Below are positions 9,544 through 18,975 of a stretch of DNA of 64,000 nt, piece after piece (position 1 is the stretch's first letter; each line of letters begins with the position of its first letter). The position numbers were made by a program, and so were the translations under genes. The stretch spans positions 64,832 to 128,831 of the forward strand of contig CAYMTW010000001.1 of the NCBI GenBank assembly GCA_964393485.1, read 5' to 3'. Source of the stretch: an uncultured Melioribacter sp. Its GTDB lineage: Bacteria > Bacteroidota > Ignavibacteria > Kapaibacteriales > Kapaibacteriaceae. The notes under the pieces were generated by a model. The model worked only from the letters and a program-made list of their open reading frames with translations. It had not been told where the DNA came from and did no database searches.

Positions 9544-12500
9544 ATGAAGCACCTAGTCAGTATTGCCGTTATTGCATGTTTGGTTGCTAACGCGATAGAC
9601 AACTTCGCACAAGCTGACGCTACAAGGTACGTTCCGGTGCGGATCCGCCCACTAGATGCACAAACTATAGAGTGTCGTTTTGCGGTCTTTCAGTCAGATC
9701 CGGCTATACCCATCATGATAGCTGACATCGATCGGGGACAGATAGCGGAAAACGGAGCATTCGTTGAAGCGAGTACCGTCACGTTCAAGCGTGACACGGC
9801 CCGAACGGCTCGCAATCTGTCGTTGTTAGTGGCATTGGACCTCTCGAAATCAAATGATGTAAAGCTGTCATCCAACGTTACCCCGCTGGAGATTGCCAAG
9901 AAAGCAGCGATGGCCGCTTCGGGCTTTATGGACATGACCTATGATGAGGTTGGATTGGTAGGTGTGGATGCCTTGGCCGAGCTATCCTGCGGTCTAACAA
10001 CCGACAAATCATCATTTAACAGTGCCGTCGCTGGTGTTTCGACAACGGGAGGGTTCAATCTCCGACGTGGACTGTTTGATGTTCCCGGTGGTGCTCTCGT
10101 TCAACTACAAAATGCCCGCAATGCCAGAGCTCTGATAATCTATACAGATGGATCTTCGACCTTTAATACAAAGTCGGCAATCGAGATTGCTCGTACATAC
10201 GGAATTCGAGTATACGTGATTGGTATCGGTACGAGAGTCAATTCCGACTTGAATGCTCTGGCCGACTCATCTGGTGGTGGAAGTGTTGACATGGTAACCA
10301 CGGTCAACGAGGCTATTAGCTATTCGGTTGCCTATCTCACGGACGCAAAGTATCGGCAGCTCCATACCATAACATGGAAGACAAAGATCCCGTGCGATAC
10401 CACACGCACACTTAGATTGGGTAGCCTAGGGGCGCGTGAGACACCGTTCACATACCCAGCATCATTTGTCCGTACCCTCATGGTATCAGATAAGGGTGTC
10501 GATTTTGGGATCGTGCCGCAGGGACAGGCTGTCACAGAAACGGTTACGCTCACGGCTGTCAATGGACCCGTTACGATCAGTTCCTTCGATCTTGTGCAGT
10601 CCGGCGGATTTGAGCTCGTCAACCCCCCAGTGGTGCCACGAACGGTCAATCCTGATCAGAGCGCAACATTTACGTTCAAGTATACTTCGGCAACAACTGA
10701 TGCCGTCTATGCGCGGTTAAACATCGTTACTGATGCATGTGATGTGCAGCCCTTGGTGCTGAGAGCTGGTTCGGTCTATTCCGGTGAGAAACTTCAACTG
10801 GTGTCTCCCACTGCAAACGATCAATTCATTGCCGGGAAAGACACGCTGATCCGTTGGACCAATGCCCTACCGGATGAGTTTGTCCGACTTGAAGTGAGTT
10901 ACGACAATGGCGTAACGTGGTACAGCATTACGGAGAGTGCTACCGGTCTGGCCTATAAATGGAATCCAGGTCCTCTAACTGGAGAACGGTGCCAGATGCG
11001 CGTATCATCAACCGTCATTGACCAGCGCAGTGTAATCGAGCTCAAGGGACAGACGCAGCCCCTTTACAGCTGCATCTTCACTGAGGATGACAAGTTGGTC
11101 CTTACCGGTGGTGACGATGGGTCCGTGCGGGCGTGGGATGCGCGCACAGGGCAGCAGACACGTATCGTCGGAATTCACGGTAATTGGGTGTGGTCACTGG
11201 CGCAGCAGCCCGGGTCCTCGATCGTGGCCTCAGCAAGCCACGACGGCACTGTTCGCGTCTGGGATTTCGGCTCAAGCAAACGTGTTGCAACCATCAATGT
11301 TGATTCCAGGGCATGGTCCGTAGCATTTAGTGCCGATGGAAAATCACTTGTCATTGGTACCGATAAGTCCATCCTCCGTGTAGCGACCGATTCGTGGTCA
11401 GTTGACAAGATCACTCCCGCGCTTGATGGTCCGGTGTATGATATCCATTCGATGACGGGCGGCCGCATCATCTCTGCTGAAGGCCGTCGAGTCGTCGCTC
11501 GTGATCTAGGAAGTCTAGATACACTGAAGTCTTTTTCAGACCCTCAACAGAAAGGGGCCGTGTACGCCGTCAGCTCACCTGCAAACGGCGACGTCATCGT
11601 GACGGGAGGCGCTGATTTTGTGCTGAGGAAGTACTCATTCAGTGACGCAAAACTCGTTGGGAAGACAACGCCAGGCGTTGGAAGCATCCTGGCACTGTCC
11701 TACTCACCTGACGACACCAAGATCCTTACTGCTGGGGGTGATGCTACCGCCAAACTTTACTCAGCCGACAACCTTTCTCCGCTGGCCGCATTAGCTGGCC
11801 ACTCAGGCATCGTGTACTCAGCGATGTATTCACATGACGGAAAGAATGTAGCTACTGCTTCCACCGACTATACGGGCCGCATCTGGCCCCTTGATAGACT
11901 CGGTATTATCAGCGACATATCTGATGGTGTTTTCAGCATCAGTGGCGGAACTGTTGAATCATCCGATGTCTCAATGGGTGATGTAGTACTTGGCGAGGGG
12001 GCTGATAAGCTCGCCACCGTGATTCGCAATACAGGGACTGCACCATTAGTGATCCGGTCGCTACGTGTGACATCCGAAGGAGATCCAACAGACTTCGATC
12101 TCACGACACCACCACTTCCTATGACACTCGCTGCCGGTGAAGCGTTCCAAGTGGATGTGTCATTTACACCTTCTGAGCAGGGATTGCGCACCACTACGGC
12201 AGAGATTCAGACGGGTCGAGGTCCCTCGACGATCACCATCACCGGCAATGGCTCATTGCCAGCTCTCAGAGCTCCTGAAACACTCAACTTCGGACGTCAG
12301 ATTGCCAACGCAGCGGTCGTTGATAGCGTGATCACACTTACGGCCAACGGTGACCCATCGACAACCTACACGATCGCGCTAACGCAGATTCTCGAGTATC
12401 AGCGCTCTGTGTTCAGCATCGTCTCCGGAGGAGGACCATTCACAATGAAGGGTGGAGAAACGCGACGCATCACCGTTCGATTTGATCCTAAGTCGTTTGG

Positions 12501-13896
12501 TCGATTTGCTGCCCTCCTAAACATCCGAATTGATTCGCGCCCATCTCAGGTGGTCCGCCTTTACGGTGAAGCTACTGGTGAAGGGCGTCTATCAGCAACA
12601 TCATCGGTACTATATCCATCCTCGCCCTGCACGTCATTACCGAGTCAACGAAGCATACTCCTTCGTAACTCCGGGAACTCAGAGACGATCCTTTACTCGA
12701 TCGGTCTCGAGGGTTCTAACACTGATGAGTTCGAGATCCTCTCGCCCCCTACCTTCCCGTATACCATGGCAGCAAAGGACAGTCTTTCTCTAACTATACG
12801 ATTCGATCCAAAGCGTGTTGGCGTTAAGGACGTTCGTGTTGTTACCTCTTCAAATGCTTCGAATGCCATCAACGGTCGTACCGTTGTCAGTCTCATCGCT
12901 CGCCGAGATTCCGTCGGTTTCGAACTTTCTCGAACAACGGTAGACCTCGGGAATGTTGCTGAAGGAGAAACACAGAGTGATCGATTGCAGATCTTGAACA
13001 CGGGTACCATTACACTCCAGTGGCCACGCGGTGGCATCGTGTTGGGTCCATTCCGTATTGACAGTATAACCCCAGATATCACGCCCGGACGCCGAAGTTC
13101 GGACATGCTCGTTACCTTCACGGGCGGTCAGGCCGGGAGAATGTATGAGACCACGTACACTTTTGTTGATACAATCTGTAATCGAAGTCAGACGGTAACA
13201 CTTAAGGCCTACGTCAAGAGCATCATTGGTGGACGCGTTCGCATTGGCAAGGTTGATGCACGTAGCGGGGAGCTCGTCTCCGTTCCGGTGTACGTTTCGA
13301 ATCTGACCAATATGGACCGCACTACCGCAAGGGAATTCGTCTTGTACTGCAGTGTCAATGGACGCATCCTTACCCCATCCGGCGCCACTCCGGTCGGCAC
13401 TCTCAAATCGGATGGTACTCGGAGTTTTAGCATTCCGGTTCCATTGACATCAAAAGACTCTGTTGCAACGATGATGACTTTTCAGACAACATGGGGCAAC
13501 GACACGTCATCATTCATCAGAATCGACAGTATTACTGTAGCCGATACACTGCAGTTTCGAACGTTCAACGGTGAGGTTCGTCTGGTGGACCTATGTCGTA
13601 TCGGTGGACGTGCGCGTTTGATTTCTCTTCAGACCAATGGTGTCGGTGTTGCAATAAACCCAACGCCCGCTTCAAGTCAGGCATCGGTTACACTTGATCT
13701 TGTCGAACGAGGCCGCACCAGTGTGCGCCTGTATGATACGCAGGGACGCAGTCTCGCTCTGCTTTTTGACGAAGTCACGCCGGCTGGTCGTTGGACTGTA
13801 CCAGTAGAACTATCCTCACTGCACAATGGGACCTACTTTGTGGTCATGACAACTCCATCGGAAACATTCACTCAGCGCCTTGAGGTGATCCGATGA
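9544..13896 (+). CDS. giant secreted T9SS cargo: vWA (MIDAS) + 5 ASH/PapD-like beta-sandwiches + WD40 propeller + cohesin-like module + T9SS C-terminal sorting domain
   Basis: Signal peptide MKHLVSIAVIACLVANAIDNFAQA.
- vWA with DLSKS (9838-9852) and IIYTDG.
- WD40 repeats (GGDDGSVRAWD, ASHDGTVRVWD, GGDATAKLYS, ASTDYTGRIWP) at ~11035-11898.
- Repeated ~100-aa units ending ...F.P...G at ~11926-13212.
- Por-type tail ...VRLYDTQGRSLALLFDE...GTYFVVMTT...QRLEVIR. Confidence 0.85.
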   Translation: MKHLVSIAVIACLVANAIDNFAQADATRYVPVRIRPLDAQTIECRFAVFQSDPAIPIMIADIDRGQIAENGAFVEASTVTFKRDTARTARNLSLLVALDLSKSNDVKLSSNVTPLEIAKKAAMAASGFMDMTYDEVGLVGVDALAELSCGLTTDKSSFNSAVAGVSTTGGFNLRRGLFDVPGGALVQLQNARNARALIIYTDGSSTFNTKSAIEIARTYGIRVYVIGIGTRVNSDLNALADSSGGGSVDMVTTVNEAISYSVAYLTDAKYRQLHTITWKTKIPCDTTRTLRLGSLGARETPFTYPASFVRTLMVSDKGVDFGIVPQGQAVTETVTLTAVNGPVTISSFDLVQSGGFELVNPPVVPRTVNPDQSATFTFKYTSATTDAVYARLNIVTDACDVQPLVLRAGSVYSGEKLQLVSPTANDQFIAGKDTLIRWTNALPDEFVRLEVSYDNGVTWYSITESATGLAYKWNPGPLTGERCQMRVSSTVIDQRSVIELKGQTQPLYSCIFTEDDKLVLTGGDDGSVRAWDARTGQQTRIVGIHGNWVWSLAQQPGSSIVASASHDGTVRVWDFGSSKRVATINVDSRAWSVAFSADGKSLVIGTDKSILRVATDSWSVDKITPALDGPVYDIHSMTGGRIISAEGRRVVARDLGSLDTLKSFSDPQQKGAVYAVSSPANGDVIVTGGADFVLRKYSFSDAKLVGKTTPGVGSILALSYSPDDTKILTAGGDATAKLYSADNLSPLAALAGHSGIVYSAMYSHDGKNVATASTDYTGRIWPLDRLGIISDISDGVFSISGGTVESSDVSMGDVVLGEGADKLATVIRNTGTAPLVIRSLRVTSEGDPTDFDLTTPPLPMTLAAGEAFQVDVSFTPSEQGLRTTTAEIQTGRGPSTITITGNGSLPALRAPETLNFGRQIANAAVVDSVITLTANGDPSTTYTIALTQILEYQRSVFSIVSGGGPFTMKGGETRRITVRFDPKSFGRFAALLNIRIDSRPSQVVRLYGEATGEGRLSATSSVLYPSSPCTSLPSQRSILLRNSGNSETILYSIGLEGSNTDEFEILSPPTFPYTMAAKDSLSLTIRFDPKRVGVKDVRVVTSSNASNAINGRTVVSLIARRDSVGFELSRTTVDLGNVAEGETQSDRLQILNTGTITLQWPRGGIVLGPFRIDSITPDITPGRRSSDMLVTFTGGQAGRMYETTYTFVDTICNRSQTVTLKAYVKSIIGGRVRIGKVDARSGELVSVPVYVSNLTNMDRTTAREFVLYCSVNGRILTPSGATPVGTLKSDGTRSFSIPVPLTSKDSVATMMTFQTTWGNDTSSFIRIDSITVADTLQFRTFNGEVRLVDLCRIGGRARLISLQTNGVGVAINPTPASSQASVTLDLVERGRTSVRLYDTQGRSLALLFDEVTPAGRWTVPVELSSLHNGTYFVVMTTPSETFTQRLEVIR

Positions 13897-15911
13897 AATG
13901 CTTCCCCTTTTTGGCTCTGACTCTCGTCTTCATCGGATTCAGTGGCATTCAATCTTCTTCACAGGCACCAGATGAGCGTCGGGCTCGTGTCGGTGCCGTT
14001 CTGCAAGGGAGTCTGGACTTTCATTCAGCATCCTTTACGCGTTTGCCTGAGATCGACAACTGCTGTCCGGGCTTTACTGGCGGATCTGGCATGGGGTGGT
14101 CGGTTGGACTTTCCTACAACACTCCACTGGCGTCTCCGTGGTCACTCGATGTCCGTGCGGGTTATCAGCATGGTAACGTTGATATGGTGACCCGAGAATC
14201 GAAACTCATCGCACAGACCGACGGAACGGCTCAAACCGCCACTATACGCCACGATATGTCGCTGGGCGTTTCTCGGATGACCATTGAGCCCCTTGCCGTC
14301 TATGCACTTAGCCCTCGCATGGGACTTCGCATGGGGCTCTGGGGTGCCTATCAGCTCAACGGCACATATGGCCAGGGAGAAGCTCTGGAAACCCCATCCA
14401 ACGCGGTGTTTGATAATGGACAAAAGCTTCGCAATCAGTCCGAGGGAAAGCTCACATCTCTGGCAAGCATAAACCTTGGTCTGACCGTCGGCCTTGGTAC
14501 AGAGCTACCGTTGAACTCGGATGGTACTCTGATTATGTCACCTGAGCTGTTGTTTACCTTCGCACCGACCAACATCCTGCAGAATACATCGTGGTCGATG
14601 GCCATGATTCGTGCGGGAGTTGTCGTGTCTTTCTCTCCGGAGGAGGAAAAGGATGAGATTTCAGATCTGGAACTATTCGAGGTAGCCCGCACGGTGACGC
14701 GCGCCCCATCGGATGTCGGAGAGCCGCTCGCCGTGCCGGTTGTTTCCTACACTGGACTTCTGGAGAGTGGCAGTGTGAGTGACCGTAAGACGATACGGGT
14801 AGAGGAGTTTGCCTCGAACCGCGTTCGTCCTCTGTTGCCCTATGTATTCTTTGACTCAAAGTCAAATACACTCTCACCGCGCTACCGTCAGCTCTCGTCA
14901 GAACAGGTTGAATCGTATTCCCTGGCGAATTTCTACAACCTCGACGCAATGGTCACGTATTACCAGCTCCTTAACGTCATTGGAAAACGCATGCAGGAGA
15001 ATCTGGAGGCCAGCATCTCTATCACCGGCTGCACGGATTCCAAGGAAGCAGAGTCAACCGAGGATCTCGGTAAGCGCCGTGCAACAGTAGTTCGAAATTA
15101 CCTGGTTGATACATGGAAGATAGCCTCATCACGGATCGCCGTTGACCAGCGTGCTGTGCCATTGGCCGCATCAAATGAGTCCGATGCCGATGGAGCAGCC
15201 GAGAACCGTCGTGTTGAGATCTCCAGCTCTGATCCTACGATCTTGGCCGCCGTGACTTCTAATGACACGATGCGGGTCTTTGATCCCCCTGCCGTGCGAT
15301 TCAACCTTGCCGTGAACAATTCTACCGCGCTCAAGTCCTGGACGCTTTTTGTCTCGGAGGGAGATCGGATCATCAAAACATTCCATGGTTCCGGTGCGCC
15401 ACCTCAGGAGGTTGATTGGCGCATTGCCGAGCAGGCTCGTTTCATTCCTCGTGGTACACGTAAACTTGAATACATGCTTGTCGTTCAGGATTCCAACGGT
15501 ACCGTTATCCCAACGGAATCGGCAACAATCCCTGTCAGCGAGGTCACCATCGCAGAAAAGCGTTCAGGGGGCAGCACTGATAAGTCCATTGACCGGTTCT
15601 CTCTGATCCTGTTCGGTTTTGACAAGTCTGATGTTACACCAGAGCATCAGGGTACGCTCGGAAGTGTCAAGCGTGCCATTACCCCGACGTCCACAGTCAC
15701 CATTACTGGGTACACTGATCGAAGCGGTGCAGAGGAGTACAACCGGCGTCTTAGTGAGCAGCGAGCTCGTGCCGTAGCTACGGCACTAGGCACGCAACGT
15801 GCAGCAGTAGTCGGTCAAGGTGAAATTCTGCCTCTCTATGACAACACAACTCCTGAAGGTCGATTCTACTCGAGGACGGTGGAAGTCATCGTTGAGACGC
15901 CAATGAAGTAA
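13893..15911 (+). CDS. outer-membrane protein: putative N-terminal beta-barrel plus two OmpA_C-like domains (paralogue 2)
   Basis: Same architecture as 7439-9445. Signal peptide MKCFPFLALTLVFIGFSGIQSSS. OmpA-like domains are KRRATVVRNYL...NRRVEIS and GAEEYNRRLSEQRARAVATAL...SRTVEVIVE. ATGA overlap with the cargo stop. Confidence 0.8.
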   Translation: MKCFPFLALTLVFIGFSGIQSSSQAPDERRARVGAVLQGSLDFHSASFTRLPEIDNCCPGFTGGSGMGWSVGLSYNTPLASPWSLDVRAGYQHGNVDMVTRESKLIAQTDGTAQTATIRHDMSLGVSRMTIEPLAVYALSPRMGLRMGLWGAYQLNGTYGQGEALETPSNAVFDNGQKLRNQSEGKLTSLASINLGLTVGLGTELPLNSDGTLIMSPELLFTFAPTNILQNTSWSMAMIRAGVVVSFSPEEEKDEISDLELFEVARTVTRAPSDVGEPLAVPVVSYTGLLESGSVSDRKTIRVEEFASNRVRPLLPYVFFDSKSNTLSPRYRQLSSEQVESYSLANFYNLDAMVTYYQLLNVIGKRMQENLEASISITGCTDSKEAESTEDLGKRRATVVRNYLVDTWKIASSRIAVDQRAVPLAASNESDADGAAENRRVEISSSDPTILAAVTSNDTMRVFDPPAVRFNLAVNNSTALKSWTLFVSEGDRIIKTFHGSGAPPQEVDWRIAEQARFIPRGTRKLEYMLVVQDSNGTVIPTESATIPVSEVTIAEKRSGGSTDKSIDRFSLILFGFDKSDVTPEHQGTLGSVKRAITPTSTVTITGYTDRSGAEEYNRRLSEQRARAVATALGTQRAAVVGQGEILPLYDNTTPEGRFYSRTVEVIVETPMK

Positions 15912-17017
15912 TGAAGATCGTCATCTTCAACTGGCAGGACCGTACGCATCCCCAGGCGGGTGGTGCCGAAACGCACCTGCACGAGATTTTCGGACGTATG
16001 GTCAAGCGAGGCCACAGCGTAACTCTTGTTGCGTGTGACTATGACGGTGCACCATCGGAAGAAGTCATCGATGGTATCACCGTGATCCGTATCGGGAGCC
16101 GTGCCACGTACAATTTCGCGCTACCAATATGGTGGCAGAGACACGGCCGAGAATGTGGGTTTGATCTTGTTGTTGACGATATCAACAAGATCCCTGTCTT
16201 CAGCCCGCTCTTTGTCGATGTACCAGTTCTGGCCCTTATACATCACCTTTTCGGTTCTTCGATCTTTTCTGAAGCGGGAGCCGTTGCTGGTTCGTACGTC
16301 TGGTTGGCAGAGCGGCTGATCCCTCGAGTCTATCATGACACTCCCCTTGCCGTTGTTTCAGAGAGCACACGTCGTGAGTGCATCGAGGCAGGCCTTGCTG
16401 AGAGAAATCTCGACATTGTATACAACGGTGTCGATATCGAGCACTTTCCAATGAGAGTGTGCGAGAAGAACGAGAAGCCGACCGTAGCCTACTTTGGGCG
16501 ATTGAAGAGATACAAGTCGGTAGATCATGTCGTACGTGCTATGAAGATCGTTGTGCAACAACTTCCTTCGGCACGACTCGAGATTCTTGGAAGGGGCGAT
16601 GATGAGCCTCGTCTGCGAACATTAGTGGCTGAGACTGGGCTTGCCAACCATGTGACATTTCATGGTTTTGTGAACGATGAAGCTAAGGTTCGACTTTTAT
16701 CCAAGGCACATGTGGTAGTGAATCCCTCGAAAAAGGAAGGTTGGGGAATCACAAATCTTGAGGCAAATGCATGCGGCACGCCGGTCATTTCTGCCGATTC
16801 CCCCGGACTACGAGATTCGGTCAATAATGGCGTATCGGGTCTTCTGTATCCCTATGGCGATATTGAGGTTCTTGCACAGAGGATCATGTCCGTCATTACA
16901 GATGCGAACCTGTCTTCAACACTCTGCAAGGGTTCTGTCGAGTGGGCTCGTCAGTTTTCATGGGATCGATCGTCTATCGAAATGGAAGCAGTATGTCGCC
17001 GCACAATCTCTCGTTGA
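15911..17017 (+). CDS. glycosyltransferase family 4 (GT-B, group 1)
   Basis: N-terminal GGAETHLHEI and C-terminal VNPSKKEGWGITNLEANACGTPVI (E-X7-E type motif); TAATG junction with the upstream gene. Confidence 0.85.
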   Translation: MKIVIFNWQDRTHPQAGGAETHLHEIFGRMVKRGHSVTLVACDYDGAPSEEVIDGITVIRIGSRATYNFALPIWWQRHGRECGFDLVVDDINKIPVFSPLFVDVPVLALIHHLFGSSIFSEAGAVAGSYVWLAERLIPRVYHDTPLAVVSESTRRECIEAGLAERNLDIVYNGVDIEHFPMRVCEKNEKPTVAYFGRLKRYKSVDHVVRAMKIVVQQLPSARLEILGRGDDEPRLRTLVAETGLANHVTFHGFVNDEAKVRLLSKAHVVVNPSKKEGWGITNLEANACGTPVISADSPGLRDSVNNGVSGLLYPYGDIEVLAQRIMSVITDANLSSTLCKGSVEWARQFSWDRSSIEMEAVCRRTISR

Positions 17018-18975
17018 TACGGCTTTTATCGGCATTGCTGCTGGTTGGGTCTGTTGCGTCTGCCCAAAACATTAGAGATAGTCGAGGAAGTGATTTTTGG
17101 CTGGCGGTGCCACCCAATGAAAACTCGGCATCGACAGTTGCGGATCCCTCTTTCGTATCGCTGCTTGTTGCATCGGATACGATTCAGACAACCGTCATTG
17201 TGTTTGCACGGCGAAGAACTGGTGAGACCGATACCGTTGTCACGGTGGTGCCGCCATCGACGCTATGGGAGATCCGTCTTGCACAATACACTCGCTACCA
17301 GCTGCAGGGAGTTGAATCTCTCAATGGTCAAAGCCCTGATGGAGAGCGGCCCACACCTGCCAGCATACACGTCATGACGTCGCATGACGTTTCACTGTAT
17401 GCCGTACTGCGTGCCCCTTTATCAAGCGATGCCTGGCTTGTTTTGCCGACTAATGCCCTATCGACGGACTACCTTGTCATGTCCTACCCATCGAGCTATG
17501 CGACAACAGGGCTCACCCCCACTCTGTATCCAAGTCAGTTTGTGGTGGTAGCTACCGAGGACTCCACGGTAGTGAATGTGATTCTCAGTGCTGACCGTTC
17601 CGACCGTGCTCTCGGAAGGAACAGGACTGTCACACTCGCCAAAGGCGAGTCGTACCTAGTACAGGCCAAAGTCGACAACACGAGGCGCGATGACTTAACA
17701 GGCTCTTCTGTGACGTCAAACAAACCTATCGTTGTGCTTGGTGGACATCGGCGTGCCCTTGTTCCCGTTACCCTTCCAAAGACATCCCGGGACTGTCTAG
17801 TCGAGCAGTTACCCGGTATTGAGACATGGGGCCGCCAGATCATTGTACCACCGCTGATTCCGCCGACAGACGCTGATGTCAGTGGGCCTAGTGATGTTCC
17901 CATCTGCCGCGTGCTAGCTGCTAACGACTCGACACTCATCACCGTGAACTCGCAGCCACCATATCTGCTCAATAAGGGGGCATTCTGGGACCTCCCCCTC
18001 GATCAAGCTCTGGTTTTCTCTGCAACGAAACCAATACTTGCCGCGATCATTGATCGATCAGCCAACGCTTCTCAATCCTCACGACTTACCGGCGACCCAT
18101 CGATGCTGATCGTGCCGCCGGTAGAGCAGTATCTGCGCTCATACATCGTCGGTAGCGTTGGGCCCAACTCCAGTGGCCGACAGATCTACACGACGCATAA
18201 CATCACCGTCATCGTTCCGACAGTTGCTGTTCCCTCTCTGACTCTTGACGGAGGTCCCAACTTTACGTCGGTGACGTCCGTTCTTGGTACAGCCTACTCC
18301 GTAGCCTCTGCTCGCGTCTCACCAGGAGCACATCGCGTCCGGTCTGATTCGGCCTTGGGCATCTTTGTCTATGGCTATGGTCCAGCGGAGTCATATGGCT
18401 ACACGGGAGGTATGGCCTTTGAGCGCCTTTATGATCCTGTCATCCGGCTTAAAGCACTCAACGCTGCCGGGACTCCAGGAAAGCGGGATACAATAACCGT
18501 GATCATCGATAGTGTCGACCGTCGAAACACGGAAGCCCTTGCCGGAGTTAGAAGCCTACGTTTTCGTCTTCGATTTGATGCCACCTCATTCGTAATGAGA
18601 CAAGCAGGTGAGCTTGACTCAACACGATCACAGTATATTCTGCACCTAAGCACGACTGTGTTGACCATCAAGCCTGGCGACACGCTCGCTCAGATCGTGG
18701 GGAACCATACGCTTGGTCTTGCTGATTCATCAGCTATCGAAGTAGATTCAGCCACGTGGTACTCCGGTGACCGACGACCTCTGTCTATCATCACGACGTA
18801 CGTTCCGGGCGAACTCCTCACGCTTGGAGTTTGCGAAGCAGATAATCGACAGCGACTGTTTGATCCCCGCAAGCCCCTTCCAGCGATCATGCGTCCAGGG
18901 TATTATGACATCCGCGGAGCGTACGTCGGTGAGTCACTTGATGATATGGCTCCAGGCGTGTACTTCCGCCGATGA
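16993..18975 (+). CDS. secreted IgGFc-binding-N-terminal-domain-like protein with cohesin-like module and probable T9SS tail
   Basis: Signal peptide ...LLLVGSVASAQ. Motifs I associate with the IgGFc_binding family: GSDFWLAVPPN, DCLVEQLPGIETWG, GDPSMLIVPP, YGYGPAESYGYTGG. C-terminus is YYDIRGAYVGESLDDMAPGVYFRR. Start set to ATG 16993. Confidence 0.65.
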   Translation: MSPHNLSLIRLLSALLLVGSVASAQNIRDSRGSDFWLAVPPNENSASTVADPSFVSLLVASDTIQTTVIVFARRRTGETDTVVTVVPPSTLWEIRLAQYTRYQLQGVESLNGQSPDGERPTPASIHVMTSHDVSLYAVLRAPLSSDAWLVLPTNALSTDYLVMSYPSSYATTGLTPTLYPSQFVVVATEDSTVVNVILSADRSDRALGRNRTVTLAKGESYLVQAKVDNTRRDDLTGSSVTSNKPIVVLGGHRRALVPVTLPKTSRDCLVEQLPGIETWGRQIIVPPLIPPTDADVSGPSDVPICRVLAANDSTLITVNSQPPYLLNKGAFWDLPLDQALVFSATKPILAAIIDRSANASQSSRLTGDPSMLIVPPVEQYLRSYIVGSVGPNSSGRQIYTTHNITVIVPTVAVPSLTLDGGPNFTSVTSVLGTAYSVASARVSPGAHRVRSDSALGIFVYGYGPAESYGYTGGMAFERLYDPVIRLKALNAAGTPGKRDTITVIIDSVDRRNTEALAGVRSLRFRLRFDATSFVMRQAGELDSTRSQYILHLSTTVLTIKPGDTLAQIVGNHTLGLADSSAIEVDSATWYSGDRRPLSIITTYVPGELLTLGVCEADNRQRLFDPRKPLPAIMRPGYYDIRGAYVGESLDDMAPGVYFRR

